Shown: positions 10,987-20,733 of the stretch, in pieces
How the letters are laid out: each line of letters begins with the position of its first letter
How positions within the stretch are numbered: position 1 is the stretch's first letter
Source of the DNA: a virus
Taxonomy: Duplodnaviria > Caudoviricetes
Strand: one strand, 5' to 3'
IMG/VR virus record: IMGVR_UViG_3300013830_000007
Location: 1-64,000 of that record
Length of the DNA stretch: 64,000 nucleotides
Position numbers and translations under genes: made by a program
The notes under the pieces: generated by a model
Databases searched by the model: none
The model's input: only the letters and a program-made list of their open reading frames with translations
Told to the model about the DNA's origin: nothing

Positions 10987-11679
10987 TTATTGCTGTATTC
11001 TTTTTAAATACTGCATACCTGCATCTAATCTTGCTCTATTAGCATCTTCTTCTGCTACATCAAACCTATGATCCGAATCTCTCTTCATAGAGAAATCTTC
11101 AGTTGCCGTCATAGTAAAATGAGTCCATCTATTACACTTTTCTATCATTGAAGCAGACTGGTGTTCATGCCTTCTTTCATGAGACATTAACATATGTGCC
11201 CATAACTCTACTGTCTTATCAGTAAACGCACCTTTAGATTGAAATTCTCTTAACTTGGATAACGCCATATATGGTCTGTACATAATGAAGCCTGACATAC
11301 TTCTATGAAGATTACAAAACTCAGGTGACATTATACCAACCATAGGATCAGGATGCGCTATATCTATAATGCAATTACCTGCTAAGCATTCACCTGCTGA
11401 AAGATAAGTCCAGATACTTGTTTCATATTCACCAAGTTTAAATTCTTTACAGCGTTCCTTTTCTGTTTTCTCTGAAAGAAGAAGTTCATTAGGTTTCAAT
11501 CTGGTACTCATAAAACTAAGAGCATACAGATTAACATCTTTATCATCTAACTTGGTTCCTAACTTCTGTCCTTCTTCTAAGATTTTATCATATACCTTAA
11601 AATACTCTCTGTGAGTAAGGACACCCAGACAATCTTCATTTTCCATAGGTGTCAACTTTGTATATAATTCTGATATCAT
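10987..11679 (-). CDS. Hypothetical protein with HExxH zinc-metallopeptidase motif
   Basis: HMLMSHERRHEHQ followed by a downstream EEDA, consistent with a zincin-like site. Confidence 0.5.
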   Translation of the reverse strand: MISELYTKLTPMENEDCLGVLTHREYFKVYDKILEEGQKLGTKLDDKDVNLYALSFMSTRLKPNELLLSEKTEKERCKEFKLGEYETSIWTYLSAGECLAGNCIIDIAHPDPMVGIMSPEFCNLHRSMSGFIMYRPYMALSKLREFQSKGAFTDKTVELWAHMLMSHERRHEHQSASMIEKCNRWTHFTMTATEDFSMKRDSDHRFDVAEEDANRARLDAGMQYLKRIQQ

Positions 11680-13334
11680 TTATTAAACTCCTTCTCAAAT
11701 TCTTTTTCAAGTTCTTCATAGTTCGGTAACCCATAAAATATTGAACATATTTCAACAGCATTTAAATCTGGCCTGGTTATTGCTGAAAAATATAATTCTA
11801 ATGCTTCTGGTTTAAATCCATTTATTGACAATGATGCAGCTAACTGAGTTTCTTTCGATATATTAAATGCAGATATGGTACTGGGATACATCGAAGATAC
11901 ATCCAAGTCATTAGTTGCTACTGATACCTGTGTAGTATGATTGACTCCTTTCAGTGCTTTAACACCAACACCTACTGCTTTATCCGGAGGAAGAACAGTA
12001 CCGCCAGCTTTCATAAACTGACTATCCCATTCATTATACATTGCTCTTCCTATTGAAGCTGGAAGACGTGGGTCATCTTTTTGAGTTTTACCATAATGAT
12101 AAGATTCGTTCTGAACCTGAGTAGTCTGACTGGCAAACTGCGCCATTAATGAATAACCGCATAAACCATAGATAGCATCTATATCGTTGTTCTTCCATTC
12201 CATCAGCATCATAATCAGAACATCGTTAATGTTGTAAGCAATATAAGTTAAGAACTCATATGTCTGTGCATGCCAGTGATTGGTTATTTCACCAAAATGA
12301 AGTTTTCCTTGACCTAGCTCTTTGTTTGAAATATAGTCTAATGAATAAGATGAATCTCTTCCGTATACTTTTCTTAATCTCGCATATAGACACATACTAT
12401 CAATAAACTGAGAATATCCAGTTATACTCATCCAGTGCCATTTATCTGTGAAATGATCTCTCTTAGCGCCATCCTCTTTCCAGTATACATATCTATACTC
12501 AGGTGGTATTTCCTTAGGTACCATTATATCAACTGGATCACCACCTAATTTCTCTATACGATCCAGTATCTTTGGAATATCGTATCCCATATTCCAAATA
12601 CCTATGAAATCAGTTTTACATTCATGAATCTTTTCAAATATCCAGCGTATTAAATCCAATTCACTTTCATGAATAGTAAATACTAAATCAAATTTGTGTT
12701 TAACTAATTCAGATCCAATGACTTCATGAATAACTTTGAGACAGTCTTCTGTAGTTGCCGGTGTAAACTTATCATTTGCTTTGTCATATATTCTGCAATA
12801 CTCTTTAAGCGCAGCTGTATAAATTGTATGCTCATGAATAAAGGTAAGTACATTGATACGTCCCTCCCCTCTTACTTCATTTTCAATATCGAACGCACCT
12901 TTGGTTAATTTAGGCACATATCCTTTTGGAAGTTTGTCTGAATACTTTTGACGAATAAGAGTTTCGGTACTTATATCTGCTCCATACACATATGGACTGG
13001 TACATAATTCTCTTATCGATTTATACTTCTGCCATGCTGGAAGACCCAAAGCTTGTGCTAATTTATATTGAAGTTCGGAATCATGACAGATATACTGATC
13101 CAATCTGCTAATATGTTCAAATTCCTTTTTATAATGATGATCTCTGAACTGTGGCTTAGTTATCCAAAATGGTCTAACTGGATCTCTGAAAATATTAAGA
13201 TGATCTACCCATTTCTCAGTCCCATCATCGTTTTTAACCAGAATTTTTTCCTTAACAACTACCGCATCTTTAGATGAATCATTATCCTTGGTTTTACAAT
13301 GCGTTGAATGAATATAGAATCGTATGTTATTCAT
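11676..13334 (-). CDS. Family-B DNA polymerase, N-terminal half (3'-5' exonuclease plus motif A), phiKZ gp82-like
   Basis: ExoI AFDIENE, ExoII WNMGYDIPKI, ExoIII YNINDV, and polymerase motif A DLDVSSMYPS near the C-terminus. Motifs B and C are absent. Confidence 0.85.
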   Translation of the reverse strand: MNNIRFYIHSTHCKTKDNDSSKDAVVVKEKILVKNDDGTEKWVDHLNIFRDPVRPFWITKPQFRDHHYKKEFEHISRLDQYICHDSELQYKLAQALGLPAWQKYKSIRELCTSPYVYGADISTETLIRQKYSDKLPKGYVPKLTKGAFDIENEVRGEGRINVLTFIHEHTIYTAALKEYCRIYDKANDKFTPATTEDCLKVIHEVIGSELVKHKFDLVFTIHESELDLIRWIFEKIHECKTDFIGIWNMGYDIPKILDRIEKLGGDPVDIMVPKEIPPEYRYVYWKEDGAKRDHFTDKWHWMSITGYSQFIDSMCLYARLRKVYGRDSSYSLDYISNKELGQGKLHFGEITNHWHAQTYEFLTYIAYNINDVLIMMLMEWKNNDIDAIYGLCGYSLMAQFASQTTQVQNESYHYGKTQKDDPRLPASIGRAMYNEWDSQFMKAGGTVLPPDKAVGVGVKALKGVNHTTQVSVATNDLDVSSMYPSTISAFNISKETQLAASLSINGFKPEALELYFSAITRPDLNAVEICSIFYGLPNYEELEKEFEKEFNK

Positions 13335-13455
13335 TTCAAATCCCTAAAATCTTAAACCTCTATAATAGTTCTATTGTATTTGTTAAATTAACAAAAAATA
13401 AAAGTGCGTACCTTAATTGGTACGCACTCATACAATCAGCAAATACCACTACTGA

Positions 13456-13815
13456 TTAGAAGCACATTTCAACGAGCTTCTCTGCAAGCTCTTCTCCAGG
13501 TGACTTCTTTTTAAAATTCTGCATAACAAGTGCATAAAGATCTTCGGCACTTATTTTGAGTTCTTCTTTGTGGCAATAGGTGGTAAAGGTCTTGCCGTTC
13601 TGAACACTCTTGTAAACAAACATAAAATGTCCTGCAGCAACAGGGTTACCCTTCTGAAAGCTGAAAGCAAGCAGACGACCAGTAAAGGCCTTATCCTTAC
13701 CATTATTATCAAACGTAACATGAATCAACGGACAAAGGCCATTGACGTTCTTAAGATCGTCGTTAACGGCTTCGCAGTCATTCAGATCGATCTCAATTGA
13801 TTTAAGTTTCATCAT
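13456..13815 (-). CDS. Hypothetical protein
   Basis: 119-aa ORF in an early-type operon. Confidence 0.6.
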   Translation of the reverse strand: MMKLKSIEIDLNDCEAVNDDLKNVNGLCPLIHVTFDNNGKDKAFTGRLLAFSFQKGNPVAAGHFMFVYKSVQNGKTFTTYCHKEELKISAEDLYALVMQNFKKKSPGEELAEKLVEMCF

Positions 13816-13840
13816 CGCACCCTAATTTAATTAATGAGAA

Positions 13841-14299
13841 TCAATATTCATACATAAAAAGGTCTTCAATTGCCTCCTCTTCACTTACACGAAGCGTACA
13901 AAGCTCAGACAGATATTCATCACGTTCCTGTTCGGTAAAGTCTGAACTTACGAATGAATTGTTCGTCGGACCGACTATTATTAGTTGTTTTGATTCGATA
14001 GCTACTGAAAGCTTCTTGATCTGATACTCGCCGCTATAATCACCACAAGGAGTATACGACAAATACCTGAGCGTCAAACGATTCTTTTCGACATCACGAA
14101 TGCAGTAAAATACCCATCCTTCTGAACGATAAAGTTCGTTCTCATCGCAACTGGCAGTTACTCTGATAAACGGATAACGCTTAATAACAACACCGTGTGC
14201 GACAGTCTTTGCTACTTCCTTGTTCGCACCAGCATCAATCACAACAGTGCAGTGATTAGCGGACATAACGGTTTGCAGAGCTTTATTTAATTCAGTCAT
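13841..14299 (-). CDS. Hypothetical protein
   Basis: 152-aa ORF with a GAGGAG RBS. Confidence 0.65.
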   Translation of the reverse strand: MTELNKALQTVMSANHCTVVIDAGANKEVAKTVAHGVVIKRYPFIRVTASCDENELYRSEGWVFYCIRDVEKNRLTLRYLSYTPCGDYSGEYQIKKLSVAIESKQLIIVGPTNNSFVSSDFTEQERDEYLSELCTLRVSEEEAIEDLFMYEY

Positions 14300-14382
14300 A
14301 TTTGTTTCTCCTCAATACCACAAAGATCACCCGCTACAAGAACGGGTGACCCAAGTGGTTTAATTAAACAACCTACTAACGA

Positions 14383-14898
14383 TTAGATTCCGAGAAGCTT
14401 CTTAAGATTAGCTTCGTAATCAGCGACTATTGACTTCGTCACAGATTTAGTCATCTTGTAATCGTCGGTAATTACATATCCTTTCTCAACCTTCTCATCG
14501 CTAGAAGGAATTGGATACTTCTTGTAAGAAGCAGCAGTTACCTTCCTTGTTCCGAAAGGTGTCGTTACTGAAACCGAAGACTCAACAGCCTTAGCATCGT
14601 CAGTCTTACCAGCCTTAACCAGTTCCTCAACCTTGGTACTGAGGACATCGCCATTATAGCGATTAATTCCATCAGTAACCTCAGTTTCAACTGAGGCCTG
14701 CTTCTCAAGGATCTCCTTAGTAATTCCCTGAGAAGTCAGGAAATCTCTGAAATTCTTAAGGGTCAGAGTAGTTCCGATCTTGGTCTTACCATCCTTGTCC
14801 TTAGCTTTCTCCTCCTTGTTGCCATTCTTAACAAGAAAAGCGGCAAAAGTCGTGCCACTCTCAACGGCGGTCTCTTCCTTCTTAACTTCTTCAGCCAT
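14383..14898 (-). CDS. Hypothetical highly expressed Lys/Glu-rich protein
   Basis: AGGAG RBS, AAG/GAG-biased codons like the capsid gene, and the first gene after the TATATTAT motif at 14988-14995. Confidence 0.7.
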   Translation of the reverse strand: MAEEVKKEETAVESGTTFAAFLVKNGNKEEKAKDKDGKTKIGTTLTLKNFRDFLTSQGITKEILEKQASVETEVTDGINRYNGDVLSTKVEELVKAGKTDDAKAVESSVSVTTPFGTRKVTAASYKKYPIPSSDEKVEKGYVITDDYKMTKSVTKSIVADYEANLKKLLGI

Positions 14899-15015
14899 AA
14901 TTTTCTCCTATATATTTGGCGAAATAGTTAATATAATAAGTGATCCTTATTATACTCAATACTGATCACTTAACCCAATACATTTTAATAATATATTTTT
15001 ATAAGTCATTTGAAC

Positions 15016-15810
15016 TTATGCGTAAAGTATCTTACCAAGCTGTATCATGAAATCTTTATTATAAATCCAATACTCTGCAAAGTAATCAATATCGTTTACT
15101 GTTCTAAGTAAATGGCCAATGTGAATTGGAACATCAGGCAATTTTTCAATAGAATTCAATCCGACATTATTAGCTCGCATAGCATCGCAAACCATTGCAA
15201 TTAAATCAGGTGTCATTCCCAGAATATTGATGGCTCTAAAGTATTGTTCAAATGTTACATGTCCTCTGACATTATGCAGATTCTGAATAAAAATCTGAGC
15301 ATTGGATATGTCAATACCAATATCGCATAAATAACTTACAGTAAGATAAAATATATCCAACGGCGAGCTTATATATGTTTTAGTGATAATGGTATCAATA
15401 ACGTAACTCATTGACGAAGCTTCGCAATTGAATCCAATAGCGCTAAGCATCGTATAAATATGTTCTCTAATATGTGCTCTGCAATTAGCATTTATGCAAA
15501 AACGCATACCATTATAATTAGCAAGTCCTGTGTGGCATACAGGGCAATATCTCATTCTCAGATTAACACGCTTCGATATTGAAGGGTGCTTTACTTTAAT
15601 CAGGAACCGCATCGTTACGATGCTAATATCTATTACATCGCCAACTGCTAAGTCAAAATCAGAATCGCGATGCATTAAAAGGCCAGGTATCTGATTAACG
15701 CAAGAACCTTTGCTATCAAAAATTGGTGTTATCTGAACAAATGTTATTACGCTATCATCAGTCGAAAATTGTGTATAAAAACCTGTTACGGTTGCTGTAT
15801 AAGATTCCAT
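15016..15810 (-). CDS. NAD-dependent DNA ligase-derived protein (OB fold, C4 zinc finger, HhH) without adenylation domain
   Basis: FDLAVGDVIDI resembles LigA OB DIRIGDTV. YCPVCHTGL...FCINANCRAHIREHI matches the LigA zinc finger CPxC...CxNxxCxAQ. No KxDG motif. Confidence 0.6.
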   Translation of the reverse strand: MESYTATVTGFYTQFSTDDSVITFVQITPIFDSKGSCVNQIPGLLMHRDSDFDLAVGDVIDISIVTMRFLIKVKHPSISKRVNLRMRYCPVCHTGLANYNGMRFCINANCRAHIREHIYTMLSAIGFNCEASSMSYVIDTIITKTYISSPLDIFYLTVSYLCDIGIDISNAQIFIQNLHNVRGHVTFEQYFRAINILGMTPDLIAMVCDAMRANNVGLNSIEKLPDVPIHIGHLLRTVNDIDYFAEYWIYNKDFMIQLGKILYA

Positions 15811-15949
15811 TTTAATTATCCCGGATTAATCATTGGACATAGCTGTTGTCCGATTAAACTATCTGGGCATTTTAATCACACTATTAGCTCTGTATTTTAA
15901 AAAAATATATGAACAACTAGTCAAGTTATCTACTTGACTAGTTATTTAT

Positions 15950-16258
15950 TTAAGCTTCAGTCCAGGCATCCTGGCATATCTGTCTTAATCTTGACTCCGG
16001 TATATGTTCAAGTTTGACAGTAGCATTCTCTACAAATACTTTAATGTTGTCAATATCAGTAGTATTCGTAGAAGTAGCAGTTGATAACGACGCGATAGCT
16101 TCTTCTTGCTGCTTGGATTGTTCTGCTACATTATTAAGAAGCTCTTCGTTACCTGTAATGTTTTCAAGTCTCTTATCAAAATTATCTGCCACACTTTGAA
16201 TATACGGTTTAACTGTAGATAAGCAAAAAGTCTTCATATTAGGCAAAGACATAATCAA
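15950..16258 (-). CDS. Hypothetical coiled-coil protein
   Basis: 102-aa ORF with an AAGGAG RBS. Confidence 0.55.
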   Translation of the reverse strand: MIMSLPNMKTFCLSTVKPYIQSVADNFDKRLENITGNEELLNNVAEQSKQQEEAIASLSTATSTNTTDIDNIKVFVENATVKLEHIPESRLRQICQDAWTEA

Positions 16259-16341
16259 ATCTCCTTTATACTGACTATAGCATGAACTTGCATTTTAACA
16301 TATGCTAATCATGACAAAGTAGTCTTATCGAGGATCTAATT

Positions 16342-18903
16342 ATGAGAATAAACAGAATACTGCTCAAAGGATATAAAAGATTCAGACTTGATAATATCGA
16401 TCAACTAGAAGCTGAATTTCCAAGTAATGTAACAGTAATCATAGGTAGTAATGGGAGTGGCAAAAGCAGTTTGCTCAGTGAACTATGTCCTTTACCTGGG
16501 GTAAGAAGCGATTTTGAAGCAGATGGTAGAAAGGAATTAGATATAACTCACAACGGTAAAAATTATCAGCTAATCAGCGATTTCAGTAATAAATCGTCTC
16601 CTCATTCTTTTATAGAAAATGGAACTGAGCTTAATATTGGGCACACCACTGATATTCAGAATGAACTTGTGCTAAAATATTTTGGTATAACTTCTTCAGT
16701 AAGAGATCTGATTTACAATAAAATCAAATTAACCAAAACCACTAAAGCAGAAAGAAGAAATTTCTTTCTTAAAATAGCTCCTATGGATCTCAGTCTAATT
16801 CTTGATACCCATAAGAAAACTTTAGGAAAAATTAAAGATTGCAAAGCTAATTTAACTTTACTTTATACTAAGAAAAATAATCTTGAAAGTAAAATGATGT
16901 CTGAAGAAGTATTGAGTAACAACATCAATACTAAAGATAAGTTAAAAGCTAAATCATCGGCACTGCAGAATGTTATTCTGAGTCTGACTCAGCATATCGA
17001 AACTATTAAAAATACTTACAGAGAAGATCTTCTTTACAATGAAACTATTAATACTTACGAAATTCATCAGGCTTATCTAAAATTCAGAAGAAATCTATTG
17101 AATTATACCTGTGTAGCCAGAGGTGAAAAATTCGATAAAGAAAAAGACAAACTTAATTCTGAGTTATCCAAACTTAATGAGAAAAAAGAAAATTCATTAA
17201 AAGCTATCGAATCTCTGACCAATGAGATTGAAGAATTTAATAAGCATTTGGATAGTAATGAAAACGCAAGATCGGCTAATGCTATCGAAAAAGATATTCA
17301 GGAAATAGATTCAGCGTTATCTGAGTTGATTGTATCCGACATTGAAGCTATACCGGAGAATGAATATCAGCTCCATTATAATTGTATTGAAAAAATTCAA
17401 TCTTCTTTACAGACCTTTATGAACTGCAGCACCGATATGCTTCCTATTGATGAGCTGTATGAGAAAAAAGCAAGATTGAGAGAACTTAAACAATCTCTGG
17501 ATAGTTACAATATAAGTATTAATTCTCTGAAAGAAAGTATAATGGAAATAGAAAATGAACTGACTGCTTTCAAAGAAAAAGCTCAGGTACCCGCTGAATG
17601 TTCTATGAAATGCGGTTTAAGATCTATTTTCAGATTAAGGAGCGATAAACTTAATGAAAAGATTAAATTAACAAAAGATGATTTAATGAGCAAAATTCAT
17701 GACAGAGATAAGTTAGCTGAAGAATATAAAAAGCTCATTAGTTTACTTACTCCGTTTATAAAATACAAATTAGTTGAAGCTTTTAATAGCATTAAAGATT
17801 GTCTATGTGGCAGTAAATTTAATCTGTATAAATCTGATGCTGATTTGATTGAAAGAATCAATAAGCAACCTGTTAAACTCATAGCTGATATGAATGAAAT
17901 CATGAAAATGTCGGATATCATTCATAAGCGCGATGATCTTCTCAATAAAAGAAAGCTTTTAGAAACTGAGCTGTCTGCTATAGTTTCATCTTCAAATGTA
18001 AGTACAAGTTTCATTAAAAAAGAGCTGGATAAAAAGACTATAAAATTAGGTAAAGAACTCAAAAATAAAACTGATATTGATAGGCAGCTGAAAAGAGTGG
18101 ATGTAATATGGAGACGATACCAGGAGTACTCTACAGATCTTAATGTAATCAGAGAATTACAAGATAAATACAATCGAGGAGAACGCTCTCTTGTGGTAAA
18201 GAAGGCTATAGAGTACTGGACTAACGTACGTGATAAATACAGTCAAATGAATGACGATATTCAGGAAGAATTGAGAAACATCGAAACTATCATCAAAGAA
18301 CAGGAAATGCTTAGACATACTTACGATACTGAGATTATACCAAGTATCAATAAAATAACCAAAGACAGAGAAGTACTTAATAAGATTGAATATGCATTAT
18401 CACCTAACACTGGTATACCTCACGACACTATGGTAAAATATCTGAATGTGATGATAAATAATGTTAATTATTTTCTATCACAGATTTGGAGTTACAAAAT
18501 GCAGTTAGATACCATAAGCAATGATGGTAATCTGGATTATGGTTTTCCTCTGACTGTTTATCATAATCAGTCCAAAGATATCAGTTTACTTAGTGATGGT
18601 CAATGTGAAGTCATCGATCTGGTATGGGTATTATCTATACTTCTTCAAATGAACCTTTTGAAGAATATACCTTTTTATGCAGATGAAATCAGTAGATGCA
18701 TGGATACTTATCATAGAGGAAAAACATTGCAGTTTCTAAATTCATTGATTGATAACAATCTGATTAGTCAGCTCTTTATTATCAATCACTTTGCTGCTAT
18801 AAGTGAAGGATTTACTGACAGTAATGTAGTATGCTTGAACAACGACAATCTTAATGATTTACCCAGTAATACAAATGAATTTGTAAAAATTACTTATAAT
18901 TAA
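16342..18903 (+). CDS. sbcC: SbcC/Rad50-like SMC ATPase
   Basis: Walker A GSNGSGKS, long coiled coils around a central CSMKC, signature LSDGQ, Walker B FYADEI, H-loop IINH. Confidence 0.9.
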   Translation: MRINRILLKGYKRFRLDNIDQLEAEFPSNVTVIIGSNGSGKSSLLSELCPLPGVRSDFEADGRKELDITHNGKNYQLISDFSNKSSPHSFIENGTELNIGHTTDIQNELVLKYFGITSSVRDLIYNKIKLTKTTKAERRNFFLKIAPMDLSLILDTHKKTLGKIKDCKANLTLLYTKKNNLESKMMSEEVLSNNINTKDKLKAKSSALQNVILSLTQHIETIKNTYREDLLYNETINTYEIHQAYLKFRRNLLNYTCVARGEKFDKEKDKLNSELSKLNEKKENSLKAIESLTNEIEEFNKHLDSNENARSANAIEKDIQEIDSALSELIVSDIEAIPENEYQLHYNCIEKIQSSLQTFMNCSTDMLPIDELYEKKARLRELKQSLDSYNISINSLKESIMEIENELTAFKEKAQVPAECSMKCGLRSIFRLRSDKLNEKIKLTKDDLMSKIHDRDKLAEEYKKLISLLTPFIKYKLVEAFNSIKDCLCGSKFNLYKSDADLIERINKQPVKLIADMNEIMKMSDIIHKRDDLLNKRKLLETELSAIVSSSNVSTSFIKKELDKKTIKLGKELKNKTDIDRQLKRVDVIWRRYQEYSTDLNVIRELQDKYNRGERSLVVKKAIEYWTNVRDKYSQMNDDIQEELRNIETIIKEQEMLRHTYDTEIIPSINKITKDREVLNKIEYALSPNTGIPHDTMVKYLNVMINNVNYFLSQIWSYKMQLDTISNDGNLDYGFPLTVYHNQSKDISLLSDGQCEVIDLVWVLSILLQMNLLKNIPFYADEISRCMDTYHRGKTLQFLNSLIDNNLISQLFIINHFAAISEGFTDSNVVCLNNDNLNDLPSNTNEFVKITYN

Positions 18904-18907
18904 GAAC

Positions 18908-18939
18908 AAGCAGTTCTCTGGATATCCAGAGAACTGCTT
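18908..18939. terminator. Palindromic terminator between convergent genes
   Basis: 32-bp perfect palindrome aagcagttctctggatatccagagaactgctt. Confidence 0.7.
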
Positions 18940-18945
18940 CATATC

Positions 18946-19167
18946 TTAATTGGATACTGTTTTGAATATAGGAACTCTTCTTCTATACACTTTCCAGCCA
19001 TCGATATACTGATTGTCTACGCTAAGAGCATAAACTATGCCATCATCATCTACATGAATGTGATGGTATCCTTTGCTCTTAAGAAAGTTCTCAGCTTCCT
19101 CACCTTTTAACTGTTCAAAGTTAAGTAAGATCTTAGGTGAAAGAAATACTTCATAATTATATTTCAA
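18946..19167 (-). CDS. Small hypothetical protein
   Basis: 73-aa ORF with a GAGGA RBS. Confidence 0.55.
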   Translation of the reverse strand: MKYNYEVFLSPKILLNFEQLKGEEAENFLKSKGYHHIHVDDDGIVYALSVDNQYIDGWKVYRRRVPIFKTVSN

Positions 19168-19180
19168 TTAAATTATCCTC

Positions 19181-19801
19181 TTAAAATTTAATCTGGTCTT
19201 CGGTAAATAAAGCATAACTAAATGAGTTTCCCCATTTATCTTTAGCCTTATTTATCACGGACATGAACTCATTAAAATCATTACTCGCAGCTATAACACT
19301 GCAGCCTAATGACCAATTATCAACATTAATAGATTTACCACCCGGAATAGCAGTAGCTCTGTGAATATTGGTATAGGCTATTTCCTCATATTGCTTGCCT
19401 GAGAGATCAAGAATCTTATCTCTATTATTATCTCTCCAATATTTCATAGGCTTAACCTGTCTTAAAGCCTGATACTTACCGTGATGAAGTCCTACTGCAT
19501 AAGCACCTTTATAATAACCAGGTACTAAGATAGCAGTTCCATTACAATTCTGTGGTTTTAATCTTCCAGCTACTCCCGGGTCAACAGTAGCATCATACTT
19601 CTTGATTCTCCATTCATCATTAACTTTATAGACTATACCAACGCAGTCATTAAAATTATTGGAATCTTTATCTTCAGTATTTCTTATACCGAATACATTT
19701 ACATTATAATCACCTTCAGTAAAGAAAGGATAATTAAGTGCTGTATAAGTTCTCTGCATAACTGAAGGAGTAAGCTTATTTAAAAATGGGCATACACTCA
19801 T
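19181..19801 (-). CDS. L,D-transpeptidase (YkuD)-like peptidoglycan-acting enzyme
   Basis: C-terminal NIHRA...VDNWSLGC (His...S-x-G-Cys) motif. No signal peptide evident. Confidence 0.65.
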   Translation of the reverse strand: MSVCPFLNKLTPSVMQRTYTALNYPFFTEGDYNVNVFGIRNTEDKDSNNFNDCVGIVYKVNDEWRIKKYDATVDPGVAGRLKPQNCNGTAILVPGYYKGAYAVGLHHGKYQALRQVKPMKYWRDNNRDKILDLSGKQYEEIAYTNIHRATAIPGGKSINVDNWSLGCSVIAASNDFNEFMSVINKAKDKWGNSFSYALFTEDQIKF

Positions 19802-19865
19802 ATTTTATTCTCCTTTGATGTTACTTATAGCATGAGCCATGCAATAGCTAGGTATAGCGAGGACA

Positions 19866-20693
19866 ATGAATATGATAGATGGTATTAAAATTATTCTAGA
19901 GAGAATATATAGAACTATACCACGTCCTGTTCTCGAAGCTGCTTTCAAACCTTGGGAAACTGGCACCACTCTTGACGAATGCATCAAAAACAAGGTATTG
20001 TTATCCAGCGTTCGAGATGAGATTAGTGTCAGAGGTGGTAAGATCTATAGAATCATGTTAAATCTTGATTGGTGTGAATATACCAGTTCTCCTTCTCCTT
20101 ATGCATTAGGCATAAGTGGAAGTTATAGTACTTACCGTATACCTCCTGAAGCAAGAGAGAACAGAGATATAAGCTGTATATTAAGTGTAAGATTCCCTTA
20201 TAGTATCAATACCAGTTCAAGCGGTAACTTCTATAACACCTGCAGTACCAGAGGTAACACTGTAAGCGGATTAGCCTGCGCTGCATTGCAATCTCAGACT
20301 AATGCTAACTTACTCAGTACACCTACTGGTATTATACGTCCAGGTAATGTTATTCAACTTGATCCTCCCCAGTATAACTGGGTTCCATGGCAGGTTACTG
20401 TAAGATTAGTTTATGACGATAATTTCAGCGGTATAGATGTAAGTACTGCATTACCTCTTATCGATGTATGTGTATATGCGGTACAACAGTATATTTATAA
20501 TGAACTCGTATTCGCTGTTGAAAGCAACTTAGTAGTTCACGGTATGGAAATCGGTGTATTCAGAGACATTATAAATGAATATAAAGGTGCTGAAGATAAA
20601 TATGCTGAAGCATTACTTGCCTTAGGTGGTGCTGAAACATACGAACCTCAGAGGCTCAAGAATATTTTAACCCGTATGGTTCCAAGACGATAA
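19866..20693 (+). CDS. Virion structural protein (phiKZ gp27-like by synteny)
   Basis: Convergent with the terminase operon as in phiKZ-like phages. A late-type motif lies upstream at 19838-19847. Confidence 0.5.
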   Translation: MNMIDGIKIILERIYRTIPRPVLEAAFKPWETGTTLDECIKNKVLLSSVRDEISVRGGKIYRIMLNLDWCEYTSSPSPYALGISGSYSTYRIPPEARENRDISCILSVRFPYSINTSSSGNFYNTCSTRGNTVSGLACAALQSQTNANLLSTPTGIIRPGNVIQLDPPQYNWVPWQVTVRLVYDDNFSGIDVSTALPLIDVCVYAVQQYIYNELVFAVESNLVVHGMEIGVFRDIINEYKGAEDKYAEALLALGGAETYEPQRLKNILTRMVPRR

Positions 20694-20733
20694 TAAAGAT
20701 CACTCTCTTCCTTAATGGGAGAGAGTGATTACT

